Shown piece by piece: positions 12,301 to 24,948 of a DNA stretch of 64,000 bases. A program made the translations under genes and the position numbers. This DNA is from Takakia lepidozioides. Lineage: Eukaryota; Plantae; Bryophyta. Position 1 is the stretch's first letter, and each line of letters opens with the position of its first letter. Under the pieces are notes generated by a model that was given only the letters and a program-made list of their open reading frames with translations, was not told the DNA's origin and did no database searches. The DNA lies in contig CM060731.1 in NCBI GenBank assembly GCA_030704615.1, positions 930,001 through 994,000 on the forward strand, given 5' to 3'.

Positions 12301-15300
12301 AAACTCCTTGATCTCTCAAAGGCTGAAATGCCATACATGCACTTATGAGTACAACGAAGAGGATTCTTGATTTCTTATTCAAAGCACACCCTTATCTTGA
12401 ATTACATGAGCATTTCAGAGAGAAACAACTGCTTAGAGAAGCAAATCCTCGAAAACCTGCAGAACTTGCTTGTGGTAGTACCATACTTAACCATGTCCAA
12501 AAGTTTGGAATCAATGAGGCATTCTTATCTTTTGAACGCCATCATATCCAGACTTTGTTTGTCAAGAATAAAAATTTAAGATTTTAGTTTGTTGTTTGAG
12601 AATGCTAAAACTATGTCTTAAGTCTTTTTTAAGTCTTTCATGTTGACACAGAAATTCAGTATGTCTGCACCCTCTGTTTGGGAACTGATGAAGTCAGTGG
12701 GCAGCTATAATAGCTGGTCACTGTTATGTAGGATGTAGTTGATGTCTCATTCTCTTAAGTGATGAGATTCTTTCTGGTTTCCTTCATCCTTTCTGTTGTT
12801 TCTTCTCCTTGTCAGTCCTTGAGGTTTTGTCTTGGTGCCTATGTCTTCATCTCAAATGCTCTTCTTTACGTTGGATGTGGGTATCTTTTTTATCTTTGAT
12901 TTCTTTAACATGTGAGTTCAGAGTTTACTAGGCTCTCACATGGATACATATAAACTCCTATCCAGTCTCTTCATTTTAGGCACATCGGACTTAAGGAAAG
13001 GATGTTTGGTTATGCTTTTGTGCAGGGTACTATGCACTGGAAGTACCAGATAAAATTTGTGAGGTTTGAGAACCGTATGATTCTAGCCGTCTGCTGGGCG
13101 TGGGCTCTCAAAGCAAACTATTTTTAATTCCAAAACTCTAGGCAATTTTTTGGAACCTGTCCTCATGTTTAGGGACATTGGACCTAAGTACTGGTTGTTT
13201 GGTCAAGGTTTTTTGCAGGTTACTATGCTGTTCCTATGAGTCTCTAAAATTATTGCTTTAGTCTCTGCAAAAATTGACGGTTTGTGTTCTTTAAGCAGGG
13301 AGTTTCTGTAAGGGTGAGACGACCTAGTGATTATAATCCTTCGATGGCCGCCACTCTTGGTCCAAGTCAGCCCAGTCCTCATCTAAATCTTGCTGCTGTT
13401 GGCCTCACCCCTGGGTAAGTGCTGTATTGTGCTAGTCAGCATCTGCTTATTCTCAGAATTAAGAACCGTACATCAGCGTTATGTTGGTTGGACACTTCAC
13501 TTCTCGTGCACAGCCACATGACTCATTAATTAATTGCTGAGATACTGGTGAAGAAAGGTTGGTATCAGTCTCTTAAGGTGCTGGCGGAAAACTAGTGACT
13601 AGCTTTAGATGGAGTTAGGTCCTGAGTTCCTGTCGTGTGTCAGGTGTACCATAGACAGACATACTAAATATGAAGAAGAATAACATCCCAGGGAGGCGCA
13701 AAGGGCCAAGAGGCATGAGAGAGAAAAGACAAAGGAAGACCTTTGGTATGTCCACTTTAGGCTCCGAATGAGGGGGACTAGGAACTCTCATTAGAGCCTT
13801 CATCTCTACGTCCTCTCCCACTTGTCCTCATAAGAGGTTTACTTGAATTAGAAAGAAATAAATTTAGTTGCACGTTTTGTCCACAAGCTGCAGTGATTCT
13901 TTTGGAGAAGTTGTCAAACATCATAAGGGTCTCGCAAAATAATGCCACTGTTTTCTACGGTCTTGGCAGGAGTGCAGCTGGAGGTGCTGATGGACCTGAT
14001 CGCATCTTTGTTGGGGGATTACCTTACTATCTGACAGAAGTCCAGATCAAGGAGTTGCTTGAATCCTTTGGGTAAATAGACTGTATGTTGGAGAGATTTT
14101 CATTTAATTTGATAAAAATGCCTGTCACTCTCTGCTTCAACAATGCAGGGTCTCCCTTTGGTTATCCACCACGATCATTGTGGACAATGCGAATGGCCTC
14201 ATTTCCTTGTTGTGCAGGGGTTCTAGGGTTTTCTTTATGGAGGCATATTGAGAGAGGTCGATTCTCACATTTTATGAAAGAGTATCTTATATTGTTAGCC
14301 CAACCGCTGTTATTGATCGGCCACACTGGTTTGGCTGCTAGGCCTTTGCGTGGTTTTGACCTTGTCAAAGATCGGGACACGGGAAACTCCAAAGGCTATG
14401 GTTTCTGTGTGTACCAGGTACTACCTCCTGAAAAGCTATACAATGAATCCAGGTGTTACCAGTCTTTGTCAATAATGATAGTGAGGGTCATTACTGTGAT
14501 TTTTGGTTGTAGTAAAACCTCCACACAAGACTCCATTTCTCTGCCATTTTTACAGAGATAAAGTGCATTCATATTCATTCTTGGACACTTTTCTTTATTG
14601 ATCTGGAGTTATCCACGTGGAACCCAGGTAGAGCAGCTGCATCAATAATCACTTCCAGTAGTAACCCCTAATTACTATTGCAAACAGGAAATTAGTTCTG
14701 AGTTCCGAGTTCCTATTAGTTGGACCTTTGAATTGTGCCTTGTTAACCATTTCACCTCTATCTTCCTGGCTCAGTCTAACATAAGTCAGGCTATGGCAAA
14801 ACAACCGTCTTGTGGGTACACTCTAACATTCTGACTGATGATGGATATCCAATTTGCAGGAACCAGCTGTAACCGAAGTTGCCATTGCTGCGCTTAATGG
14901 TCTGAAAATGGGTGATAAGACATTAAGTGTACGTCGTGCATCTGCCAGGTGCACTTGTTTATTCCTTGTACCCGAATGTGTGCTTTGAAGCTCAACTTTC
15001 AAGTTCACTCCAGATTTAACATGTGTAAAGTGCTGAGGTCTGTGCGCAGCTGCATACTATAGTTGTGGTTAGGTGTCACTGCATACTGTACAGTTAGGTG
15101 TCCTAGATTATGCCACTTGGTTGTCTCTTGCATCACGTGTATTCTGTCTGTAGCTAGATTGACAGTAAATAGCAAGTGGCATTGAACGTTAAGACCGTTT
15201 CAGTAAGATTTGCCGAAGGCTCACCAGAGCCTACTCCAAGTACGGAGAAGGCCTTGGGTATGGCGGGATGAGATAGATTGACCTATCTTAAGGCTAAATG

Positions 15301-17683
15301 TCTGTTTCACTCCAAAAGTGATACACAGTATGTACTCAAAATTGCAGTGGAATACACAGGAGTCATTTCTGCAATGTTGAACAGGTGCAAGAACTGTTGT
15401 TACCTTCGAGCTTCAGAGATTGGCCAAAAAATGGCTAAACAGTTGAATTACTTTCGTTGTGTGTTTGTTAACTGCAGTGGCCAGCCAAAGCCTGATCAAG
15501 CAAATGTGTTGGCACAGGCACAACACCAAATAGCAATTCAGGTAATATGATTTATTGTCCCAGCTTCTCGTCCTGTGAGGTAAATACTTGGGCTTCGGTT
15601 GTGCACCCTGGAAACTTGAACCCTTGCACTGTTTGGACATTTGTGAGTGAATCTGGCATGCTATGCAAGTTCAAACAGACAAGTTTGCCAGAGACCCAAT
15701 GTGTGTTTCTAGGAGAAAAATGTATGTTGCAATTTTCCTGAAGTGTATCAAAGAGTTCCTTGAGAGGGAAAAGTGACCAGTGACACGGAAATAGGAGGGA
15801 AGGCAAAGCTCAAGTATAACAGCTCGCCAGTTCTTCCATAGTAGTTGTTCTGCTTGTGGTGAATGCCCATATCTTGACAAAATTCTGTAATCTAGTAGAC
15901 TGCTAAATCGATATCCTAAAAAGAAGATCATGCAGTGTCTAACAATGGGTATGTAATGTGCAGAAGCTTGCAATGCAAGCCAGTGGTGCGAATGCAGTTA
16001 CTCTGGGTGGATTGCCAGGTATGATGACAGGGATTCCCTCTGGATTGATGGCCAGCTTTATGCCTGGCATGGGCAACGGCCTTTCTCCCACACTTGAAAC
16101 ACCAACCAAAGTCATCTGCCTAATGCAGGTGAGTTGCTGTTTTTGACATCCTGGATTGATGTGTCATTGGTAAGCTGTTTTGCATATGGTTCAATCTAGT
16201 TTCTCGTTTGCTATGGCATATTCTTTGAAGTCCACTGTCCACCAATCCAAACTTGGTCTCTCAGTTTTGTGTAGTTGTCCTTACACTTGTTTGTATTGAG
16301 AGTATTAAATAAGAACGCTTCTTATATTGTATTTGCCATGGTAAGCCAGATAGGACTCATGATCTGAGCAAGTGGCTCTCTTTTTGCTATTGGGCAGCTG
16401 ACAGTTGAACATTCTCACCTAATCACTGTGAGGAATTCTATATGTGGGTTGCAATGGCAGGCTTTATCAGCAGACGAGCTAAAAGATGATGAAGAGTATA
16501 ATGAGATTTTGGAAGACATGAGGGATGAGTGCAGCAAATTTGGTATGCCTCCTTACCAACCGCATCATAAGGAGTCAGTGAAATACCACTTTAATGAGGC
16601 TAGCAGACAGGAACCGAGTCCATGGGTGTGCGGCTGCCCTTCCCAGTTAAACGCCAGTTAAACTAACGTTGCAGTGTCTATGCTGCGATGCCTGGTCGTC
16701 TTGCTGTATGTTTGTGACTGCAAGAAACATAGTTATTCTAGTCAAGTATTTTTTCAAACATTTCAACTCTATAATTTCTGGTAATCTTGCTCACTTGTCA
16801 CAATATCCTGAAGTGTATCCCATACACCTACTTCAGAATCCTTAATGGGTCTTTCTAAGCATTTTGTAACCAAGATCTTCCACTACTATCAGTAGATAGC
16901 CCAAAGACGAGAGAAAATGGACTAGGGTTGGGATGGTAGGTGTCCACACATGGACTATGTGTTACTGGGGTGAGGAAGCATGGTGTCACAATTTATCCAC
17001 GCTACAGCAGGACACATCTTCTGATAGGCTTTTGACATGGCACACTGTCATAGCCCTAAATGACTAGGGTTTACTCTGCCTGAAGGGTTATTGCATTGAT
17101 GAATGACAAGTCAAAAGAAGTTCTGAAGGTAATGTGGAATTCAAAGTGACTGGTTTCTCTCATGCAGGTAACCTTGTGAATCTTGCCATTCCTAGACCAA
17201 GTCCAACTGGTGATGGTGTTCCTGGCATTGGCAAGGTGTGTATAAACCTTAAAACCACTTTTTTAAAATTTTAAAGGGAAACACCCGGGAGTACAAATCA
17301 GGCCCCTTAATCATAGTGAGGAAAAAATAACCTTTCCAAAGTAACCTCGGCATGAGGCACCAGCTTGGGGAGGGGGAGAATGTATACCCGCCCAACAAGG
17401 TAGCAGGATTTGAACCCAGAATCACCTGGGTGGCATTCAGTGCACTATTGAAGTGAGCTACTGGCTGGTGGTACCTTTTTGGCTCCTCCCTGGCTCTATC
17501 TTCACTGAACTTCGTATTGCTAAGGGGTATTGTTGAATTTGCCAGGTGTTTCTGGAGTACACTGATACAGCTGGGGCAGCAAAAGCAAAGTCTTCCCTTG
17601 CCCTTCGGAAGTTTGGGGGAAACTCAGTTATTGCTGTTTATTATCCAGAAGAGAAGTTCTCCACGGGTGACTATGGAGGCTGA
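6350..17683 (+). CDS. U2AF65: U2 snRNP auxiliary factor large subunit (RS domain, 2 RRM, UHM), 18 exons, ~566 aa
   Basis: GT-AG exons in consistent phase: 6350-6463, 8446-8588, 9037-9162, 9284-9351, 10820-10890, 11065-11109, 11312-11371, 11571-11631, 11860-11972, 13299-13414, 13970-14071, 14342-14417, 14860-14948, 15478-15541, 15964-16128, 16461-16542, 17168-17235, 17546-17683. Motifs: KRTSGFDMAPP, ATRHARRVYVGGLP, DRIFVGGLPYY, DRDTGNSKGYGFCVY, EILEDMRDECSKFG. Confidence 0.96.
17262..17471 (-). mobile_element. tRNA-derived SINE in U2AF65 intron 17
   Basis: Minus strand CAGCCAGTAGCTCAC...GGGTTCAAATCC (A/B boxes); body and 3' end GGGCCTGA.TTGT...TTTCC.TTTAA match the 5043 copy. Confidence 0.6.
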
Positions 17684-18979
17684 AGGTGTGGTTGTAAAGG
17701 CTGTAGTCCCCGACAAATTTTTAATCTGGCATATCGCGGGAAAGGGTAAGTTTGCACTAACACAGCCGACAACCAAGGATTATTTTTTGCAAGCAACACT
17801 ATGATTCATTGACTGCGATAGATGTCATGTCGGAGGGGATGTGTGGAAAAGTCTCCGCTATCAAATCTCTTTTCATTTTGGCGATGCATGTGTTTGTTTT
17901 TATCTTGCAGTGTCAGGGTGTACAAGATCCTCCACAATACTTACCTGGGGATTCTTAATACATTTCAAGTTTACAGGCTGCAGAATAGAATTATCTCAGT
18001 TACCACCCACCTACCACATTTTCCCTGTATCGTGTCATACTAAGAATCTTCTTGGCATGTGACCGTTGACAGGGTTGCAAACCAAAGTGGCGTTGTTGAG
18101 AATTACATGTTTGAGAAAAAACTTTCAATAAAGAATTTGTTGCCAGGTAGTAGGAATGTATGCCCTGATGCTTTTAATCCAAGCTGTAGTCGCCACTGTT
18201 TTGATTTCGATCTGTAGTGTGCAACCTTGCCGGTGGTTCCCTAACGGCTCACCTTGCAATCATGGGTGCTGCCTGTTCTGCAGTGTATGGGCTTCTCTCT
18301 CAGTTCTTTGTAACTCCTTCACACCTTTGCAGCTGATGTGGATGATGGTAGACCTGAATGCCCATATCCATTTTAAGGGGCTTCAAGGCTATTTAAGATG
18401 CACAAAATAGATAAGTCCTTCAAAAAGAGTTGAAATTGCAGTGGGGGACCAGTATACTGGATGTTCCAGCAATGGGTGCATGCGCCCTCCAATGTAGCCC
18501 TAGATAGTTCAGGGATGCTATTTGAAGCCTAATGTATTTCATTATTTCACTGCATTACTGTGTAAACTCTGCTGCATAAGATGTGAGATGACCATCCAAC
18601 ATGCCACATGCAAGCCACTAGTGCAGGGCCTGATCAACCAACCAGATTTGCAAAGACTGACAGCGTAAAGAGGCTTGTGACGGGCCTCCTATAGTTGCCT
18701 GCTATCTGTTGGAACCTGCTTGGGGTGGCACTTTGGACATCACACCCAAATGACCCAAATCTTATTCTGAATCTGAGGTGCAAGGCATGCGCGGATTGGT
18801 TGAAGGGGGCAGAAAGGGCTTTATACACTAGTGCAGACTGGTGAAGCGTCATTTTCAAGTGGCCTACAAAGTAAGTAGCACACAATAATCCATGTAGCAT
18901 ATGCACTTGCCCAAGTCTTTTACATCTTTTAAATAAGCACCTTAGGGAATGCTAAAACGGTAATGATTTGCAATGTGTT

Positions 18980-19222
18980 ACAATTCTAGCGACAGAAGGT
19001 CGGAGACTAGTTTTAGTGTAGAGCAGGAATAGGGTGCCATAGTGCCATGTATTCTTCACCACGTTATCCTCCGCACGATTCGTCGTCGTCAAATCTCTTG
19101 GAACCTGCTCGAAATGCCCAAAAATAACCGGGAGAGGTGTCTTGCAGCGCGGGGAAGGGATGATAATGTTCCCGCGTCCTTGAGCGCGGAGGGGTTTCAC
19201 ACACCGATCTCAGAGGGAGATC
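18980..19222 (-). repeat. Inverted copy of the 4617-4850 repeat
   Basis: Direct reverse-complement similarity. Confidence 0.8.
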
Positions 19223-19607
19223 CTACATGGTAGATGCTGCAGAACCTTTTTTCATTTCAAAATGGGGACTAGCTGCAGTATGAGGATTCCAAGCCCATTA
19301 TATTCTACAATCCACCCCCAAAACCGAATTCGTCAAGGAGATATTCAATTCCCAGATACCCCACTTTGAATGAATTGGATGCAGCGACCCCGGTGCAACT
19401 GGCAACGTTCTTTGTGCAGTTGAATAAGAATGTAGGAGGTTTGAAGAACAATTTTAATGTCTCAGGTGTACTTTAGTTGGCAATTACATCCCAGATAAGC
19501 ATCTTCTGTGGAGAGGGCATTCACCCCCGCTTTGAGATGACCCCTGGTTTCTCGCAAATAAGCATCGAATTGGAGGGCATTTCTATAGAAAGAGAGAAGG
19601 TGTACAC

Positions 19608-20249
19608 CAGTGTTGGACTGATATACCTGGTTTAACCTAGGTATGGAATACAGGTATGAATATATGTATTGAAGAGTCGGGTATGAAAGAACCAGTGTAC
19701 CCATGTGATACACGTACTGGGGGAGTGTGGCTTTAGGATTCCCCGCACACATACCATACCAGTCTGGGTATATGGAGGAATAGCATGGTCCCGATACCAG
19801 TATTGCGGTGAGTTCATGGCGAATGGAGGTAGGTATGAGTATATGTTAGTGCAGCTAGTTGTACCTGTACTACAATTTGGTTATTCAAGGCTCCATGTTG
19901 CAATTTAGACTTCATTTGCTGTTTCGTGTTACTTTGGGTTACCTTTGCCTAGTGTTTCACGGCTTGGATTAAAATTAGCTATGTGCTAAATGACATTTAT
20001 TTCTATGTATGGTGAGCTGTAGAAATACCATACCAGTGCTCATACCCCCCCCAGTATCACTACAGAGAAAGGGCAATACCAGTACCATACTCATATACAG
20101 CCCAAAGTACAACTACTCATACCAGATTCATACCCAAGTTGCTCGTACCTGTATAGACACCTATACCAGCCTAGGTATGAAAAAGGGGTGGGACCCTTCA
20201 TACCAGGACCAGTCTGGTATTAAAAAATGGACTTACCAGTCCAACACTG
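19608..20249. mobile_element. Non-autonomous hAT-type element (642 bp)
   Basis: TIR CAGTGTTGGACTG (19608-19620 / 20237-20249); 8-bp TSD GTGTACAC (19600-19607, 20250-20257); GGTATG/CATACC subterminal motifs pointing in opposite directions. Confidence 0.88.
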
Positions 20250-21149
20250 GTGTACACGCTCTGTATGCTTGGCTGTACCCTGTTCCCAACGAAAGAGGTC
20301 AAGAAATTGACTAAGGATTGCAACGTTATGGTGCAACTGCAGTATCCTTGTCGATAGTCTTTCACCAACCGGGCCATCCATGGCCAAGTCACCAGTATTG
20401 CAGCTCCTGGTGACAACCACTATTTTAATTTTATCAAAATAGTGTCACCGCATATGGAGACATTTGCAGATTATGAGTACACCGCCAGAACTCTCCCAGT
20501 TGGAATTTGCAACGAGACTTGTCCCCATTGTTCTTCAAAGACAGATACCTACGGAGGGCCTGTTTTGCGAAGCGGCATTGCAACTTATTGCTGGAGAGTG
20601 GCTGGATGTTGAGCCTTTTTGGCAATGCACCCAGTCCGAAGAATTTTGTTTCAAGCTGGCCCCTTTTGGCTTCGGGCCATCCCATGGGGCAAATCTCCCC
20701 CGCGCTCGCCTTCTCATTCAGTACCTTAGATGTGATGCCCTGGCTGATAGATTGGGTGCAAAATCCAACACGAATATTAGTACTTTCCATGCGATACTTG
20801 GTGGAGAGAATCCCAACCTTGCATTTCGCAGGTCTATCTCGTGTATTGATGGTAACCGATCGGGGATCACGGATTCTCTAAGGAAACAAACGGAAGCTTG
20901 GCTTGAATGGGCACACTCTTGCAGTGGAAGGCTCATGGAGAAATGAGTCTGGGCAGATATGCATGGTGGCACGCCATACTGGTGCAAAGAACAGCGATAT
21001 GAGTGGTGATTGTGATATCAAAATCTGCCTCCACATTCGAGCGGCTTTCTCTCTCAGGCAGTCGACGGCCTACATCTTGCTTGGGATGCTTGGCGTGCAG
21101 GCTGTGTGGGCTACGTAATTCCTCTTATCACAGGTTAGTAGCTGACTGA

Positions 21150-21684
21150 TCACCTAAGATCTCGCTCAAGCATAAACCGCTTTGATGAATACCAGGGTTT
21201 CTTTCCCTTGTTTCCTAACGCACCATATCCGAGACTGTAGTGCTCGTCGTTCGCATCCACCGACTGTGTCTCCCCTTTTTTGCTCCTTCCCTCCTTCTCT
21301 CTTCCGTCCTTTGCATCGCCACGCCGATCTTTCCCCGATGCCCTGCCCTGCTCACGACTCTCAACCAGCTCGCAACCGACAAACAAATTTACATGCTGTG
21401 GCTGCTCGGCGCTGCTAGATGAACCCAATAGCCTCTCCTTTCTGTCCCCTTCGATGGCTGTTTCCTCCACACCTCTGATGCCCGTGGATCGACTCTCGGC
21501 TTTGGCGATTTCCCGCATTTTTTCCAGCCGATACTCTGCGTCCCGCTGCCGGGCCTTTTGCTGTTCAGTGGCCGCTTTCTGGGCAGCCTCTTCCTCATCC
21601 TATCTTACACGCTCTCGGTTGTCAAAGTTATAAACATTCCAACGTTTCTGGGGAAGATTGTTGAGGCCACCATGGCCCCCCCAT
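21150..21684 (-). pseudogene. LENG1-like / Cir_N-domain protein pseudogene, intronless
   Basis: MGGHGGLNNLPQKRWNVYNFDNRERVR*DEEEAAQK...RQRDAEYRLEKMR...HVNLF...YSLGYGA...KKPWY; in-frame TAG near 21600 and one extra G in the run after the ATG. Confidence 0.75.
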
Positions 21685-22989
21685 TGAAAGCAGCCTCTAT
21701 CAGATTCTCCTCTCCTCTTTCCCTCAGACACAAGCTACGAATCCACTCTGCTCTCTTTCTCCCCCTCTCCTATCCCCCCAGGATTAGGTTAAAGCCCCTG
21801 TGAACCTTCTGGCCAGCCTTATTAACAGGGCCTCTTTCGATGGGTTGCGCAGGACCCGGTTTCCATTAGGCCTTTCCATGTGCACCTTCCGGGGACAAAG
21901 ATTCCGTAGCCCGGGACAAGACTCCAAAGCCCGGGCTTCAAGTGAAGAAACATGACCATGTCTCCTTTCTACCCTGGTTAAACGTTAACTCCGTATACAC
22001 AGCACAGGTATGTATCTATTGAACCACGCCACTATACTTGATACGTATACACCTACACTACCTAGCAACTGTATCATACGTACATGCCTTGGACCTCCTA
22101 CCTTGCTACTCGCAAGGGGCAGCGCTATTTTCTTCCTTTTTGGGAGGGAGAGAGAGAGACTGTTCCAAGCCTGCCACACGCTCACATGTGGCAATCAACT
22201 GACGTGCAGGACGGCACTCCAACCATGCTAAAACGGAAGGTAAGGGGACAGTTTACCTTAGAACCTTCAATGGCTGCAAGGGTATGGCTAACCAACGTCC
22301 GAAGCTGAAGAGATTAGACATCAGAGTGTTTTTTTTTTAATTTGCGTAATTGTGCATTGAGGTGGAAGGTTCACTCTGTCAATTGGTGCCCCACTCACAA
22401 AACGATGGCTCGCGTTACATGTTGGTTTATCCACCATTAATGAGCAGAATGAGAAAGAGAAATGTTGTCAGTTGCAAACTTTGTTTGTGGCTGCAGATAA
22501 CTTGTTTGTATGTTATGGAGCAAGATTCACATTGCAAGATATCATGAGGGATTGGTTGAACAAATTAGATAGTGGTGTTGGTACATTGTCATTCAATTCT
22601 CTATTTCAGCCAGACTGGTGAGAGTTTGCAAAGTCAGTGTGTATATTTCGCTGTAGTCACATGTTACCATAGAAAGTACACATAATATAGCATGTATATA
22701 GCGAAAATACTCAAAATGTGAGCGCGAAAAAAACTTCAGAATGGGTACTTCGAGAGATTTGAGGAAGTTTTACCCCGAGGATCAATGAGCAGAGCAGAGG
22801 TTCTGCATTAGTATTGGAGAAGTGTTGGTTGATGTTTGACCTCTGCAAATGTCTGAAGGACTGGAAAACTTGTCATGTGTACAACCTAGAGAATGTTCAT
22901 GGAATAGATCTCGACTTTGTCAAAGTTGTGGGTGGGCATGGCCAAGTTTTACACCTCAGTACATACCACTGATGGAAAAGCGAACAAGC

Positions 22990-23260
22990 CTTTAGCCACA
23001 GTCAAGTTTACACTTGCACGGAGGGCACTCATACTCTAGGAGTATGACTTTTAGGTGGTGCATCGACCCGGTCTAGTCAATCGGGATGCGGATGGGATGC
23101 GGATGGGATGCGGATGGGTTGAGTCGCATTCATGCACAAGCGAGCAGGATCACATTGGAGCTCGGTGGCATGGTGAGACGAGCGGGTTGAGTCACATTCA
23201 TGCACAAGCCAGCATGATGACATTGGAGCTCGGTGGCATGGTGAGACGAACGAGGAGATG
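22990..23260 (+). mobile_element. Degenerate gypsy RNase H fragment
   Basis: LARRALIL*EYDF*VVHRPGLVNRDADG, followed by an internal GGATGCGGATG expansion and a ~60-bp tandem duplication. Confidence 0.7.
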
Positions 23261-24948
23261 GTGTCGGGATCGCACATATTTGCATTTTTGTGTATCTTGG
23301 CAGCAGTAGGCCAGGTTGGACCTACGATAGGGATAACTATAGACGGAGTGTATGAGAACCCTGAGTCGCAAATCGAAGAGTCTGAATTCATACACAGGCA
23401 TGCAAGTGACGGGCCTATATGTAGTGTGACGCAGAAATGAACTAACATCTGATGTCATTTCTAAACGAGAATATAAGCATTGCCTTGGTGATCTTAGTCG
23501 GGCGTGAAAGCTTTCACCAAGTGGAAGACTTTCAACTTTTCCTTCATAATAGTTGCGGCGGTCAGTAATGCGATCAATCTATAGCCATTCAGGTATCATC
23601 TCATCAAATGATCCTAGACCACATCTACAGTAGTCGACCTGCCAGTCAATAATAGATTATCTCCAGTCTCCCTTTCCACTCAACAAAGCTGAATTCCTAT
23701 GATGAACAAACAGTTTGATGTTTGTGTAGGCACGTAGAGAGTAATCCATGAGCAACAGGAAATTGGAAAAACAAACAACTTATATAGGTATTTGCGCTAA
23801 AAGCTCAACGATCAAAGAAGATGAGCCAATCTTCAGGGAACGATCAAAGTACACATCGGAGGATAAGTACATGCGCGTAACCCCCTACCTACCGTGACCC
23901 TCAAATTGTGGGAGGCAAGGAAGGACGTTGTGGGGGTTCATACTTGATACTTGACACACATGGGTTGAAGGCGTCCTCGCCTTTTTGGGTAGTCTTCTGT
24001 TCGGATCCATCCTGGCAGACCACATTCTCTGGGATGGGAACTGCGGAAGTTTATGCAAAAACCTCCTTCACCTGAAACGGGCGATGGAAAGAGGTTGAGA
24101 GGTACAGTGCGCATCTAGGAGAAACCTTGGGCACATGTGCCTGGGCGTACTGGTTAAGACTTCAGATTTCCCAGGTGATCAAACAAAATATCCATCGGCC
24201 ACCCCAAGACTCACAAAATTGAACTAGTACTAGTATAAAATAGTTATTAGGGTTTTGTCCACTGACAAGAATGCAGCACCTTCCAACTCTGCGTTCTCCT
24301 GCGTTCTCTTCCTCCCTACGAGATTTCTGGTAGGATAGCTTATGCTTCAATGTGTGCAACTATGGAACATAGCCTCCAACACAATGAAGAGAGAAATTTG
24401 AAGAGCCAATGTTGCAAGAAGATGGTTTTTCAAAGCCTCCATCACACCTACCTGTGTATGGATTTCTCTCTATGTAGATGGGAAGGCATGTGGGAGAGAT
24501 AATAACAATCCTAAATAGACCATGAATATGTCACCAAATCTTACACTCGTGACATGACACTCCAACATTAGCTGGAGCCTGTCCATAAAAAAATTCTGAC
24601 TTTATTTCTTCCTAACATCCCACCAACATCCCAGGCAACAATGGGAATGACATAATGAGAGGATTGAACAAATTGAAATCGATGTGATCTGAGGTACTCA
24701 ACAGTTCTGTCATTCATAAAAAGCCAACAAACATTTGTTTGTTAAATAGTTACAGACCTTGCTTATCAACAGAGCTGTTATAGAAAGTGTCCTTCAATAC
24801 TGATGATATGCAGCTAAGATCTTGAAACAATATGCGTGGACATCCAATTGGGAGCCCTGCCCTTTACCACAGTAGTAGGCAATCTGCTTCGAATCAATAA
24901 CCCCAATACCCACAAAACAAACCGCAACAAGGAGAGACTGTTTCAGTG

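Noticed and set aside
20464-20946. 160-aa ORF and flanking degenerate coding-like sequence (19230-20430)
   Set aside because: No motif I can assign with confidence; it is interrupted by the hAT MITE and stops, and is probably a TE relic.
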